A DNA stretch of 64,000 nt from Candidatus Bathyarchaeota archaeon (GCA_963697165.1 CAVOMX010000017.1:24343-88342), one strand, 5' to 3'. Counted from the first letter of the stretch, positions 19,387-30,699 are shown. The notes: generated from the letters alone by a model not told the origin. Numbers and translations: made by a program.

Positions 19387-19956
19387 TTAACCTGTCTTCT
19401 GGATATCCGCCCATCTCTGGTATAGGTCATGTTCGATTCCTAGAACATCCAAAATCCTTCCAACAACAAAATCTACCAAATCATCAATGTTTTTTGGTTT
19501 ATGGTAATACGCTGGCATTGACGGAACGATTATGGCACCTTGTTTTGCGAGGTCAAGCATGTTCCGAAGATGAATGATATTTAACGGGGTTTCTCTAGGC
19601 ACAAGGATTAGCTTTCTCTGTTCCTTAAGTGCTACATCTGCTGCTCTTAGGATAACGTTCTCTGCGAATCCGCTAGCGATACCTGCTAGTGTTTTCATAC
19701 TGCAAGGAACAATCACCATACCATCCATTATGAATGATCCACTCACTATGGGGGAACTCCAGTCATCAATTTCATAGACGTGATTTGCCAATTTTTCAAG
19801 GGTTTTTTCGGATGTTTCAAGTTCAAGTTTGATTATCCTTTTTGCGGCTTGACTGATGACAAGATGGGTTTCAACTTTTTTGTTGTGTAACTCTTCTAGT
19901 AGGCGTTTACCGTAGATGACCCCACTGGCTCCGGTTATTGCTATGGTAAGTTTCAA
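19387..19956 (-). CDS. ubiX: Flavin prenyltransferase
   Basis: ITGASGVIYG, SGS, PCSMKTL, RAADVALKE, PRETP. Confidence 0.95.
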   Translation of the reverse strand: MKLTIAITGASGVIYGKRLLEELHNKKVETHLVISQAAKRIIKLELETSEKTLEKLANHVYEIDDWSSPIVSGSFIMDGMVIVPCSMKTLAGIASGFAENVILRAADVALKEQRKLILVPRETPLNIIHLRNMLDLAKQGAIIVPSMPAYYHKPKNIDDLVDFVVGRILDVLGIEHDLYQRWADIQKTG

Positions 19957-20036
19957 TTAAGCACCTAACTCTTATTATCTGTTTGTTGCTCACTAAAGCC
20001 TTTTGGAAACATAAGAAAACCGCTGACTAAACGCCT

Positions 20037-20684
20037 TTATTCGTTCTTTTGTTCGGGTGTTAACGCTGGGATTCTTCGGAAGATTATGAGTCCCAGTAGT
20101 AGTGAGGCAGTTAGGTCGATTATTCCTTGTATGGTATTCCAGATTGCTACTTCAGCAACATATGCTCCTAATCCAATTAGACCTAATGAGTTTCCGATGA
20201 AGCTTAACGAATTTGCACTCGAGAACATGACAATTATTGAGTCTGGTGTCATGTAATAGAATAAGGGTAATGCAAAGTAGAAATTGAAAACTACAGTAAC
20301 TATGGCTCGTACAATGAGTGCAAAAACACTGGCTAGCACAAAAAGGCGCTTGTTTTCTAGGAGTCCTTTTGTCCCGCCTGCTTTCCATGCGAAGATTGCT
20401 GGGATAAGGAACATCCAGATGGTTGCTACAGATTTCATGGTTGCTCCAACCCAGCCTCCGGCGAAGGGACCTAGAAATCCTACGAGTGGCGCGCTGATTA
20501 GTAGGCTTAAAAGGGCGGGTTTTAATCCAAATATTATCCAGCATATCATCCAAGGGATGGCTACGAGGTCTATTCGCATGCCCCATGGTGTTACGAATAG
20601 GGGTACAAAAATCTGTAGGATTACTGCTAGTGGGGCTAGTATTGTTGCGCCTGCGAGTTTTATTGTTGGTCTGTTGAGGTTCAT
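20037..20684 (-). CDS. Membrane protein, ECF transporter S-component-like
   Basis: About six TM segments; RIDLVAIP and NFYFALP resemble S components. Confidence 0.55.
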   Translation of the reverse strand: MNLNRPTIKLAGATILAPLAVILQIFVPLFVTPWGMRIDLVAIPWMICWIIFGLKPALLSLLISAPLVGFLGPFAGGWVGATMKSVATIWMFLIPAIFAWKAGGTKGLLENKRLFVLASVFALIVRAIVTVVFNFYFALPLFYYMTPDSIIVMFSSANSLSFIGNSLGLIGLGAYVAEVAIWNTIQGIIDLTASLLLGLIIFRRIPALTPEQKNE

Positions 20685-20826
20685 TTCTATTCTCCTAATG
20701 GTTGGTTTCTATTATTTTAACTTATTTAAGAGTAACTACCCATAAAAGAGTATAATTTTTGGTGTTTTCAAAGAAAGGTTTTAAAGAATTCACTCCATTC
20801 TTAAAGTAAAGTGTGGAACATGAGTT

Positions 20827-22078
20827 ATGTCTGAAACTCTTGAGATGCCGCTCAATGCCCTCAACGAATGGCTAAACAAAGAAACAACCGCCATAATTGA
20901 ACCCCTAAAGGATGACGCAAAAAAGATACTTGAAGACACCAAAACTAAGCTTGAAGAACTCTCAGACGCCAGTGACAAATTGTTAGATGATGCAGAAAAA
21001 GAGATGGCAAAATCTAGCCGCAAAACATATAATCGCGCAAAATATCTCTACAAACTCGCTGGAACATTCTCTGATTTAATTGAGAAAGTCACCATTCCCG
21101 AAGAAATCAACGGAAAAACCCTTAATGAAACTTCTGAACAAATCGGAAAAACCATAAAAACAATCGGTCAAGAGAAAACAAAATGGTTCCGCGCGATTTC
21201 ACCATACTTCATAATTTCTCGTCGAAGATTCGAGGCTTCATTTAAGAGGGCAGATGATTCAATCCGAAACTTTACTGACTTCATGACGAAAGAGTACGTT
21301 AAGGCTGAAAGCGCTGAAAACGTTTTTTCCAAGATAGATGAGTTACGCCAATCCTTAGCCGAGTTAAACGAGTACGAAAAAGGTAAAGAAACAAGAGAAC
21401 AGAAAAAACAGCTTCTTGAAACGAACATAGCCAAGAGTCAACAGAATATTCAGGCAATCCAGTGTAAAGACGAGGTAGTTGAACTCGTTCAAATAAACTC
21501 GAGAATCAAAGAATTGACTGAAACTGTTAAACATGAATTGCGACACATCCAAAAACCGCTTCTAAAATTTCAAACATTAGTTAACAGCCCTGGATACAGT
21601 CTCTTTCCTGAGGCAACCAGTAAACTTGATGAATACTTGTCTAATCCATTTGATGCCTTGGCGACAGAAAAAGAAGGTTATCCTCTGCTAAGAAGCATTC
21701 TTCAAAAGATAGACACAGTTTTAGATAACAAACAAATGAAACTTAAACCGAGTCGCCTGAAGAAGGCGAAAGACCAGATAGAAAGTATTGTAAATAAAGA
21801 GGCTTTAGTGTCGCTTCAGAAGAACTGCAGCAAAGTTTTAAACAAAAAATATGAGTTGTCGGCTTCAGGGACAATAAGCGAGTGCAGAGACGAAAGAGCA
21901 AGATTACATGATCGCTTGGAAGACTTGCAGACGACAGAAGAGTATCGTTGAAATCAGAGACAGTAGGTTAGAGAAAGAGCATAATGAAGCACGCAAAAAA
22001 ATTGACGACCAGAAAAGGGCTCTGGAAAAGATTGTGTCAGATATATCCTCCAAGAATGTACAGATCGTGATAAATTAA
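20827..22078 (+). CDS. Coiled-coil hypothetical protein (frameshift near 21935)
   Basis: K/E-rich ORF 20827-21951; a similar open frame continues to TAA at 22076-22078. Confidence 0.65.
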
Positions 22079-22201
22079 CTGTATTTCAAAACATTTTATC
22101 CATAAATTTCATGATCTAGGAAACTGGTAAAAGTCTGTAAACCTTTATTTAATGGAATTATTAAATTTAGGTCTATACAAAAAGCGGGGGTAAGGCTAAA
22201 C

Positions 22202-22654
22202 ATGTTCGAAGATCAAATAGACAAAATTATCGATAAGTATGAGAACGAAAAAGGTATTTTGATTCAATTATTACTCGATATTCAACACGAGTTTCGTTGG
22301 ATACCAAAGGATGCAATAACAAGAATAAGTGAGAGGCTCAAGATTCCCTACAGTCAAATATTTAGGGTTGCAAGTTTTTACACTGGACTGAGTCTCAAAC
22401 CTATAGGTCGTCATCTTATTAGAGTATGCGTTGGTACTGCTTGTTATGTTCGAGGAGGACCGAGAATTCTGGATGCCGTAGAGAATAAATTAGGGATAAA
22501 ATCTGGCGAGACAACAAGTGACAATAAGTTCAGTTTAGAGACAGTAAATTGCTTAGGTTGCTGCGCCTTGGGGCCAGTTATGGAAATTGATGGTCAATAT
22601 TTTGGAAAGCTCAATTCCGCAAATCTTGAGAAAACACTCTCTAACTATAATTAA
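22202..22654 (+). CDS. NuoE/HydC-like [2Fe-2S] subunit
   Basis: VASFY, CVGTAC, CLGCC motifs. Confidence 0.95.
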   Translation: MFEDQIDKIIDKYENEKGILIQLLLDIQHEFRWIPKDAITRISERLKIPYSQIFRVASFYTGLSLKPIGRHLIRVCVGTACYVRGGPRILDAVENKLGIKSGETTSDNKFSLETVNCLGCCALGPVMEIDGQYFGKLNSANLEKTLSNYN

Positions 22655-22672
22655 CAGGAGAAATGAAAAGTA

Positions 22673-24607
22673 ATGAAACCGTTAAAATCTTCTTCTGATC
22701 TGGAAAAACTCCGAAAAAAGATACTTGACAAAAAAGATCCTAAGAGGATAACTATCTCAGCATGCGTAAGTACTGGTTGTAAAGCTCTTGGCGCCCAAAA
22801 AGTCCTTGAAGCTTTCAATGTAGAACTCAAAAAACAGGGCCTAGACAGAAAAGTAGATATTAAAGAAACAGGTTGCCTAGGTTTCTGCGAAAAAGGTCCT
22901 AGAATAGTTATCTATCCTGAAGAAATTTACTATTTCCAAGTAGACGCAAAAGATGTACCAGAAATCGTATCGAAGACTTTGATCAACAATGAAATTGTTG
23001 AAAGGTTACTTTACACTGATCTGATTACTGGCGAAAAAGCACGCTATCTGTCTGAAGTTCCATTCTATAAGTATCAGAACAGGCTTCTTTTGGAGAGCAA
23101 TAGTAAAATCGACCCTAAAAAGATAGAGGATTACTTATCGATAGGTGGTTATGCAGCATTAGCAAAAGCTCTTTTTCAAATGACACCTGAGGACGTAATG
23201 AATGAAGTTAAGGAATCCAAACTTCGCGGTCGGGGTGGAGGCGGTTTCCCAACTTACATAAAGTGGGAATCTACCCGTAAGGCACCAGGAGAGCCCAAAT
23301 ATGTTATTGTAAACTGCGACGAAGGCGATCCGGGAGCCTTCATGAACAGGGCGTTGATGGAAGGAAATCCACATTCAATTCTTGAGGGCCTTATCATAGG
23401 AGCTTATGCAATAGGTTCGGATGAGGGATTCCTTTATGTGCGTCAAGAGTATCCACTCGCAGTTGAGAACATGGAAATAGCCATTAAAGAAGCAGAAAAG
23501 ATGGGACTTTTAGGTGAAGACATACTAGGTTCAGGATTTAACTTTAAGGTTAAGATCCATAAAGGGGCAGGCGCTTTTGTGTCTGGCGAGTCAAGCGCTC
23601 TGATGACTGCAATAGAAGGAAAGGTCGGTGAACCAAGACCTAAATATGTCCACACATCTGAAAAAGGAGTCTGGGATAAGCCAAGCACACTGAATAATGT
23701 CGAAACATGGGCTAACATACCCCCTATAATCAATAATGGTGCTAAATGGTTTGCATCAATTGGTACCGAAGCCAGCAAAGGCACCAAAATATTTGCTTTA
23801 GCCGGCAAAGTAAACAACACTGGTTTAGTTGAAGTTCCTTTCGGCATTTCATTAAGAGATATCATATTCAAAATTGGTGAAGGAATCCGGGATGGAAAGC
23901 GATTCAAGGGTGTTCAAACTGGGGGTCCCTCTGGAGGCGTCATCCCTGAGCAGCACTTAGATTCTCCCGTTGATTTTGATGAACTCACCAAGCTAGGTTC
24001 AATGATGGGTTCTGGCGGGATGATCGTAATGGACGAAGATACCTGCATGGTAGAACTAGCCCGTTACTTTGTAAACTTCTTATGCGATGAATCTTGCGGA
24101 AAATGCACACCTTGTCGGGAAGGATTGAGGCAAGCTAGTATAATCTTAAACAGGATCGTTAGCGGTAAAGGAACAGAGGATGACATAGATAAGCTTGGAA
24201 AAATTGCAGAGGTAACCCGCGTTGCTTCCCTATGCGCTTTAGGACAAACATCTGCAAATCCCTTGTTAACCACTCTTCGATACTTCAAAAACGAATACGA
24301 AGTACACATAAATGAAAAAAGATGTCCATCATTAGTCTGTAAAGACCTGATATCCTATTATATTGACCCTGAAAAGTGTCAGGCCTGCATGATTTGTTAT
24401 AGGAACTGTCCAACGAATGCGATAATCGGGGAAAAGATGAAAATTCACATCGTTGATCAATCAAAATGCATCAAATGTGGAAGCTGCTATGACTTATGTC
24501 CACCCAGATTTAAGGCAGTAAAAAAAATATCTGGTGAAGCGGTTCCACTACCCATTCCAGAAGAAGAGAGATTGGTCACGAGATTAAGGAAGGAGAAGCG
24601 GGACTAG
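22673..24607 (+). CDS. NuoF/HydB-like NADH/FMN-binding subunit with N-terminal [2Fe-2S] and C-terminal 2x[4Fe-4S] domains
   Basis: GCLGFCEKGP; LRGRGGGGFP; NCDEGDPGAFM; GGPSGG; SCGKCTPCR; CQACMIC/CIKCGSC. Confidence 0.95.
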   Translation: MKPLKSSSDLEKLRKKILDKKDPKRITISACVSTGCKALGAQKVLEAFNVELKKQGLDRKVDIKETGCLGFCEKGPRIVIYPEEIYYFQVDAKDVPEIVSKTLINNEIVERLLYTDLITGEKARYLSEVPFYKYQNRLLLESNSKIDPKKIEDYLSIGGYAALAKALFQMTPEDVMNEVKESKLRGRGGGGFPTYIKWESTRKAPGEPKYVIVNCDEGDPGAFMNRALMEGNPHSILEGLIIGAYAIGSDEGFLYVRQEYPLAVENMEIAIKEAEKMGLLGEDILGSGFNFKVKIHKGAGAFVSGESSALMTAIEGKVGEPRPKYVHTSEKGVWDKPSTLNNVETWANIPPIINNGAKWFASIGTEASKGTKIFALAGKVNNTGLVEVPFGISLRDIIFKIGEGIRDGKRFKGVQTGGPSGGVIPEQHLDSPVDFDELTKLGSMMGSGGMIVMDEDTCMVELARYFVNFLCDESCGKCTPCREGLRQASIILNRIVSGKGTEDDIDKLGKIAEVTRVASLCALGQTSANPLLTTLRYFKNEYEVHINEKRCPSLVCKDLISYYIDPEKCQACMICYRNCPTNAIIGEKMKIHIVDQSKCIKCGSCYDLCPPRFKAVKKISGEAVPLPIPEEERLVTRLRKEKRD

Positions 24608-24617
24608 AGGAGCGTGA

Positions 24618-26051
24618 ATGAAGATGGAAAGAAGCGAAAAAGAAATCACGTTGAAGATAGACGGGAATGAAGTCAATGCCAAAGAAGGAACATCCATTTT
24701 TGATGTAGCAAAAACAGTTGGTATTACGATTCCTACGCTCTGTCATAATACTGTTCTTGAGCCTTTTGGTGCTTGCCGTGTATGTTCGGTGGAAATAACG
24801 GACAAGCGAGGAAGGAAAAAGATTGTGACTTCATGCAATTACCCTGTATTTGAAGGACTCATTGTTGACACAAAATCTGAGAAAGTATTCAGAACGCGTC
24901 AATTGCTCCTTGAGTTGTTACTTGCTCGCTGTCCAAATGCTAAAAAGATACAGGATTTAGCGCGGGAATATGGCGTTGAGACGCCGAGCTTTTGTGTAGT
25001 AGACCCAGAAGAGGATTGTATCCTCTGTGGCTTGTGTGCTCGTGTTTGTGAAGAAAAAGTTGGCGTATCTGCAATCAATTTTGCGAATCGAGGCGTAGAA
25101 CGAGAAGTCACATCTCCATATCACACGATATCTGATGATTGCGTGGGATGTGGCGCATGCGCTATCGTCTGCCCTACAGACTCAAAAAAAGTTAGAATAA
25201 ACACCTATCCCATGCTGGAAGAGGACATTAAGGAAGCAGAAAAGAAGTTTCTGAACGGAACAAAAGACGAATTTTTGGGCGTTTACACCGAGCTTTTTGC
25301 AGCAAAAAGTTCTATTGATGGCCAAGATGGAGGAATGGCTACTGCTTTGCTCCTTTCGGGATTTGAGAAGGGATTGTTTGATGCTGCTATTGTCGTTAAG
25401 CGAACAGTTGGATATAAAGCGGAGGCAATTATTGCTGAAACTGCTGATGACATACTGAATGCACGAGGAACTAAATATTCAAGAGTTAAAATGATGTCAA
25501 AAGTAGGGGAGCTAGTGGAAAAAGGGAAAAAGAGAATAGCTATTGTTGGTACGCCATGCGAGGTTCGAACAGGAAGAAAAATTCAGCAACAACTACTAAG
25601 TAAATACCCCGACCTAGAGATTACCATCGTAGGATTGTTCTGCTTTGAAGCCTTCGATTACGACAAACTGAAAGAAGAAATAAAGAGGTTCTTGGGTGTT
25701 GATTTGGACAAGGCTGAAAAAACTCAGATACAGAAAGGAAAATTTATAGTTCGAATTGGTGAAAACGAATACTCTGCAAAGGTGAAAGAATTTCACGATG
25801 CTATTCAGGGCGGATGCGCTTACTGTAATGATTTTGTTGCCCGACTTGCCGATGTTTCAGTTGGTTCAGTAGGAAGCAAGGATGGATATTCAACAGTGAT
25901 AGTTAGGTCGGATAAAGGAAAGAAGCTTCTGGAAAATGTTGACTTCGTTAAAGGAGATTGTAACAAAGAAGACGTGATAAAACTAGCGGATTTCAAAAAG
26001 AAAAGAGCGGACAAAAACTTTTCTCCAATTATTAAAGGGACACAGAAGTAG
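24618..26051 (+). CDS. Fusion of HydA/NuoG N-terminal Fe-S domains with an F420 hydrogenase/dehydrogenase beta (FrhB/FdhB) domain
   Basis: PTLCH..GACRVC..SC; CILCGLC; CVGCGAC; then GQDGGMAT, VGTPCE, GLFCFE, CAYCNDF..LADVSVG. Confidence 0.9.
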   Translation: MKMERSEKEITLKIDGNEVNAKEGTSIFDVAKTVGITIPTLCHNTVLEPFGACRVCSVEITDKRGRKKIVTSCNYPVFEGLIVDTKSEKVFRTRQLLLELLLARCPNAKKIQDLAREYGVETPSFCVVDPEEDCILCGLCARVCEEKVGVSAINFANRGVEREVTSPYHTISDDCVGCGACAIVCPTDSKKVRINTYPMLEEDIKEAEKKFLNGTKDEFLGVYTELFAAKSSIDGQDGGMATALLLSGFEKGLFDAAIVVKRTVGYKAEAIIAETADDILNARGTKYSRVKMMSKVGELVEKGKKRIAIVGTPCEVRTGRKIQQQLLSKYPDLEITIVGLFCFEAFDYDKLKEEIKRFLGVDLDKAEKTQIQKGKFIVRIGENEYSAKVKEFHDAIQGGCAYCNDFVARLADVSVGSVGSKDGYSTVIVRSDKGKKLLENVDFVKGDCNKEDVIKLADFKKKRADKNFSPIIKGTQK

Positions 26052-26071
26052 AAATTGAGAACCACAAAATT

Positions 26072-26104
26072 AAATCCTGTTTAGACAGGATTTCTCCTTT
26101 TTTT
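26072..26104 (+). terminator. Hairpin plus T-tract between convergent genes
   Basis: AAATCCTGT-TTAG-ACAGGATTT followed by CTCCTTTTTTT. Confidence 0.7.
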
Positions 26105-26107
26105 ATG

Positions 26108-26620
26108 TTACTTTATTGTTCTGAATAGTTTGTATCTTTGTAATCGTGGCCAACCCGTTTTTGCATATTTCATCATGTCAGGGTTTTTCTTTAGCCAATC
26201 CATCATGTGGAAAAAGTTTTTTGCCCGTTTGCTTTCTCGTTCTTCTAGAGGTTCGTAACCTAGATTTCTTAGTTCATCGAGGTAAGCGGTTTCCGTGAAG
26301 TCCTGTGGATCTCCTGTAACTTTGATTCTGTGGATTCGGTCTTCACCATATTTTCGTTTTAGTCTCTCGATAACATCGTCAAAGATGTATCCTCTGCAGA
26401 TGTGAATTTCTTCCTCTGGTTTTGGTTTCATTTCAGCCAGTAGCTTGGTTACAATCTTTGAGGATTGGGTCATGTATGCTTTTCGTGAAAAAAGTCTGGC
26501 TTGAAAATTTTTCACGTCAATAATGTCGTATTTGAATTCGCGGGTTGAATCTTGATATGCTGCGATAACAACACCAAAGAGTAGGTCGCCCATTCCCGCA
26601 TCATCTATAATAATTGTCAT
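26108..26620 (-). CDS. Hypothetical protein with RNase HII-like N-terminal motif, paralog of 50183-50710
   Basis: IIIDDAGMGDLLFGVVI. Confidence 0.65.
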   Translation of the reverse strand: MTIIIDDAGMGDLLFGVVIAAYQDSTREFKYDIIDVKNFQARLFSRKAYMTQSSKIVTKLLAEMKPKPEEEIHICRGYIFDDVIERLKRKYGEDRIHRIKVTGDPQDFTETAYLDELRNLGYEPLEERESKRAKNFFHMMDWLKKNPDMMKYAKTGWPRLQRYKLFRTIK

Positions 26621-26898
26621 TAGGGTTCCCTTTTTTACTCAATGGAGTAACTGACGCTGAAATAAAAATGGTCCGTTTCTTTTATAACAATAGTGATTTG
26701 GAGCGTCTGCAGAGAATGCGTTAAGTGTTTAATTTTTAATAAAATACCCGCACGCTATATATGCAACCGTGCATTATATGTACTCAATGGAATTCTCTTA
26801 GTGAATATCGACAAAAATGGTCTCGTTTTTGTCGTTATTTTGAGTATTCTGTTAGGAAAAATCTGGCAAAAGCAAGAGAGGTATGTTAAAAGTTGTCT

Positions 26899-27093
26899 AT
26901 GTCTGGTATTCAATTTAAAATGCATCAGCGGCTTATTCGGAAATTTGAGAAAGTAGGAGCTGTTTCGGAGGAGACCGCTAAAACGTTTGTAGAAGCTGAC
27001 CTAGATTTGACGGAACAGTGTTGGTTGGACTATTTTGCTGGTTCTTTTCTTGGCAGCATAAAGAAGACTAGGGACCATCGGTATTATCTGTAA
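26899..27093 (+). CDS. Small hypothetical protein
   Basis: MSGIQFKMHQRLIRKFEKVGAVSEETAK...RYYL. Confidence 0.5.
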   Translation: MSGIQFKMHQRLIRKFEKVGAVSEETAKTFVEADLDLTEQCWLDYFAGSFLGSIKKTRDHRYYL

Positions 27094-27383
27094 AATTCCA
27101 AATGTATTATGGAATACTTTGCGTTATGATTTTTGTTGTTTCATACAGGTAATGTAATTATATAAAATTTTAAAATGTTATTTATTCACAGGTTTCTTTG
27201 AGTAGGAATATCTAAGGTTTCTGCAAATGATGTTTTGAAGTAGCTGGAGTTTAAGGCTAAGCCTGATCAGTTAGCGGGATGGACAATGTATGGAATATCA
27301 ACCGAACTTGTGTGAAGTAACCGAAATTACAGATAATTTATAGGTGAATTTTACATTAAAGGGCTGAATGTTTGGTGGGTTAG

Positions 27384-28615
27384 TTGGCTGACAATGATGT
27401 TGAAGCGGAAGAAACAAAACAGGGTAGAATAGAGTTCAGTTTTCCTATTGTTGACTGTGCGTACACGGATGTTTAGTAGAATTTTTGATCGACTTGGTTC
27501 TCTTCGAGCATCACGTTTGCTTTCGTGGGTTGCGCTTGTCATTGTGCCTGTTGTGGCTGGAATTGGGTTTTATCTTGTTAGCACTAGCTTATTTACGCTG
27601 TTGTGGACTCCTCTTGCTCGTGATGTTAACACGCGAACTGGGTCCATTGGCTTATCTTTTGTTGCCTGGCATTAATCCAATTTTCCCCCTATTTTATGGG
27701 TGGCTGGCAATAGTCTGTGCGATTGTAGTTCATGAAGGCGCACATGGAATTATAGCAAGAAACCGTGGATTTAACGTTAAGTCAAGCGGTCTCCTTTTCT
27801 TTCTCATAATTCCTATTGGCGCCTTTGTAGATGTTGATGAAGATCAGATAGCGAAAGCAAAACCTAAAGATTCTTTGAGGGTTATGGCTGCGGGGGTTGC
27901 AGGAAATGTTGTTGTAGCCATAGTATGCATTCTCGCTGTTCTACTCATTGTTAATGGGTTAACTCCCGTGATTGATGGTGTATATATTTCGGATGTTACA
28001 GAAGGCATGCCTGCTGAAGCGTCAGGATTGTTGCCTGAGGATATTTTTGTTTCAGTAGATAACGTGACGATTGACAGTTATAATACTTTGAATGCATCCT
28101 TTGCGATTAAGAGTCCGGGAGATATTGTTCAGGTAACTGTGGCTAGGGGAGAAAATTGGAGGGAACTGTTTTCCACATATGTGAATTTAACTGAATCTGA
28201 AGGACGGGCAGTCATGGGAGTCACTTTAGGCGATTTAATGACTGAAGAGCGGTTAACCTTCTATAAGACTTTGAGTCTCGAAACGGTTACCATATACATG
28301 GTTCCTCCATCTTTAGCTCCCGGTATAGTACCTTTCTCCGATTCCTTGATTCCATTCTACACACATTCCTTAGGGTCACAATGGCACGTATATGCAAACA
28401 TTTTCTTTTGGCTCTGGTTCGTGAACGTTAATGTTGCAGTGTTCAATGCTTTGCCTATTATTCCAATGGATGGAGGACGAATGTTCAACATTTCCTTGAA
28501 GAGCATTCTGGGTCGAAGAGCAAGCGAAAAGACAATCTCTCGAATAACCTACGCTGTAACAGCTGCTTTAGTTTGTGTATTACTGATGATGTACGTGATT
28601 CCATTCATCATGTAA
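27384..28615 (+). CDS. Site-2 (M50) membrane metalloprotease with PDZ domain (frameshifts near 27445 and 27640)
   Basis: HEGAH, GAFVD, AGVAGN, NALPIIPMDGG. Confidence 0.9.
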
Positions 28616-28696
28616 AATGATAGAGTAAACTTAACCAACCTGCTAATTAGGTCGATTAGCCCTCATCTTCTAGCGTAGTTGAAGCTGGTGAACAAC

Positions 28697-29635
28697 ATGG
28701 CTTCTCATGTAGAAAGCGGCTCTCTTTTGGCTGAATCAGCAACTAACTCAAGTGCTGAAGAGTTTCTCAGGCTTACCATGCAGATTAGCAAGAGATTGGC
28801 TAATGAAGACGGGCTGGTTAGAACGCTAAAGATAACAGGTAGGCTTGTTGAAGCGCCACCAGTTGGAGAAGCAATCATAGTGGGTGACTTGCATGGAGAC
28901 CTAAAAAGCCTCGTGTACATACTGGAACAGAGCAAATTTCTGGCTAAAATAAAGAAGGGCAAGGATGTTTTGCTAATTTTTCTTGGAGACTACGGAGATC
29001 GAGGAGTCCAATCTCCTGAGGTCTATTATGTCGTATTGAAGCTAAAGAAAATTTTTTCTGAGCACGTTATCTTGATGCGAGGTAACCACGAAGGACCCCC
29101 AGACCTCACCGCTTTGCCTCACGACCTACCAAATCACCTAGAAAACAGATTCGGCAACAAAGGCACAGAAGCTTACTTGAAACTCCGAGAACTCTTCAAT
29201 TATCTCTACACGGGAGTTATCATACCCGACAGGTACGTTTTACTTCACGGCGGAGCTCCAAGCAAAGCCACCAGCATCAACGACATAGCATACGCCCACA
29301 AAAAGCATCCACGAGAAACACATCTTGAAGAAATCCTTTGGAATGACCCATGTACGGGAATAAAAGGAACAATCGCTTCACCCAGAGGCGCTGGCAAACT
29401 ATTCGGTGAAAACATCACAAACAAGCTGCTAGCAATGCTTAACGTCAAAGCATTGATTCGGGGACACCAATCCTCCCCAGATGGATACCAAAGCAACCAC
29501 GGTGGACGAGTATTAACCCTGTTCTCGAGAAAAGGCACCCCATACAACAATAGATTCGCAGCCTACCTGCAACTTGACATCTCCCAAAAAGTGAAAACCC
29601 CAAAACAGCTTCTGCAGAGCATCCACAAATTCTAG
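28697..29635 (+). CDS. PPP-family Ser/Thr protein phosphatase / metallophosphoesterase
   Basis: GDLHG, GDYGDRG, RGNHE, HGG, RGH motifs. Confidence 0.93.
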   Translation: MASHVESGSLLAESATNSSAEEFLRLTMQISKRLANEDGLVRTLKITGRLVEAPPVGEAIIVGDLHGDLKSLVYILEQSKFLAKIKKGKDVLLIFLGDYGDRGVQSPEVYYVVLKLKKIFSEHVILMRGNHEGPPDLTALPHDLPNHLENRFGNKGTEAYLKLRELFNYLYTGVIIPDRYVLLHGGAPSKATSINDIAYAHKKHPRETHLEEILWNDPCTGIKGTIASPRGAGKLFGENITNKLLAMLNVKALIRGHQSSPDGYQSNHGGRVLTLFSRKGTPYNNRFAAYLQLDISQKVKTPKQLLQSIHKF

Positions 29636-29644
29636 ACCCAACCC

Positions 29645-29728
29645 AATCATATTATGAGACTAATAGCAGTTGATTGTTGAAAACAGCCTTTTTTCAGGAA
29701 AACCACTCACAGCAACAAAAAAGCTGTC
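29645..29728 (-). repeat. Repeat family B copy
   Basis: Reverse complement aligns with 39956-40040 and 54007-54055. Confidence 0.85.
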
Positions 29729-29803
29729 TTTAGTAAAGAAAACATTTTGTACAGCATTACTATAATCTGTCAGAGTAAGGTTTGATGCATGAAGGGATAA
29801 AAC

Positions 29804-30684
29804 TTGAAAATGGGAATCATGACCAGAGACCAAAAAGGCTGGTGTTCCACACAGCTACGGAAAGCAATGGAAAAACAAAACATAACCCCAATCTGTTTCG
29901 GTTACCGCCCAATAATAGGACGCGTAAACTACACCCCTGAAGCTTCAGTAAACAAAATTAATCTTTCCAAAGACATAGATGCAATGATTACCCGTCCCAT
30001 TGGACGGGGCTCCCTTGAAGAAATCATCTTCAGAATGAACCTTCTCCATAGACTAGAACGACTAGGACTACTAATCATCAATCCACCACATAGCCATCGA
30101 ACGATCAGTAGACAAATACTGCTCACTAACAATCTTACACGAAAACGGCTTACCTGTCCCACGCACAGCCGTAACAGAAAGCCACGACGAAGCACTAGAA
30201 TGCTTCCACGAACTAGGTGGAGACGTCGTAGTAAAACCCCTCTTCGGATCAAGAGGAATAGGCGCTACCAGAATCAACGACCCCGACATCGCAGCAAGAG
30301 TCTTCAGAACAATATCATTCTACCACGGCGTCCTCTACCTGCAAGAATTCATTCCTCACGGAGGCTCAGACATCCGCGCTTTCGTAATAGGTAGACCGAG
30401 TCATAGCCTCCATGCGCCGAGTATCAGAAAACTGGAAAACCAACGTGAGCCTCGGAGCAAAACCTGTACCCTTAAATCTGCCCAAAGAACTGGAAAACCT
30501 TGCAGTTAAAGCAGCCAAACTCATAGGCTGCAAAATTACGGGCGTAGACATCATCGAAGGACCAAACGGACCCGTAATTATAGAATTAAACAGCCAACCA
30601 GGATGGAGAGGACTTCAGTCGGTTACAAAAATAAACATTGCCGACGAAATCATCAACTACATCCTCTCTGAACTCAAATCATAG
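29804..30684 (+). CDS. RimK-family ATP-grasp glutamate ligase (MptN/CofF-like), frameshifted
   Basis: Joined frames: DKY, VVKPLFGSRG, LQEFI, DIR, WKTNVSLGA, GVDIIE, ELNSQPGW. Confidence 0.88.
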
Positions 30685-30699
30685 GAGAAAAAAGATGGT

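Noticed and set aside
22202..24607. Respiratory complex I nuoEF or an [FeFe]-hydrogenase
   Set aside because: No other nuo genes are adjacent, and the third subunit lacks H-cluster motifs.
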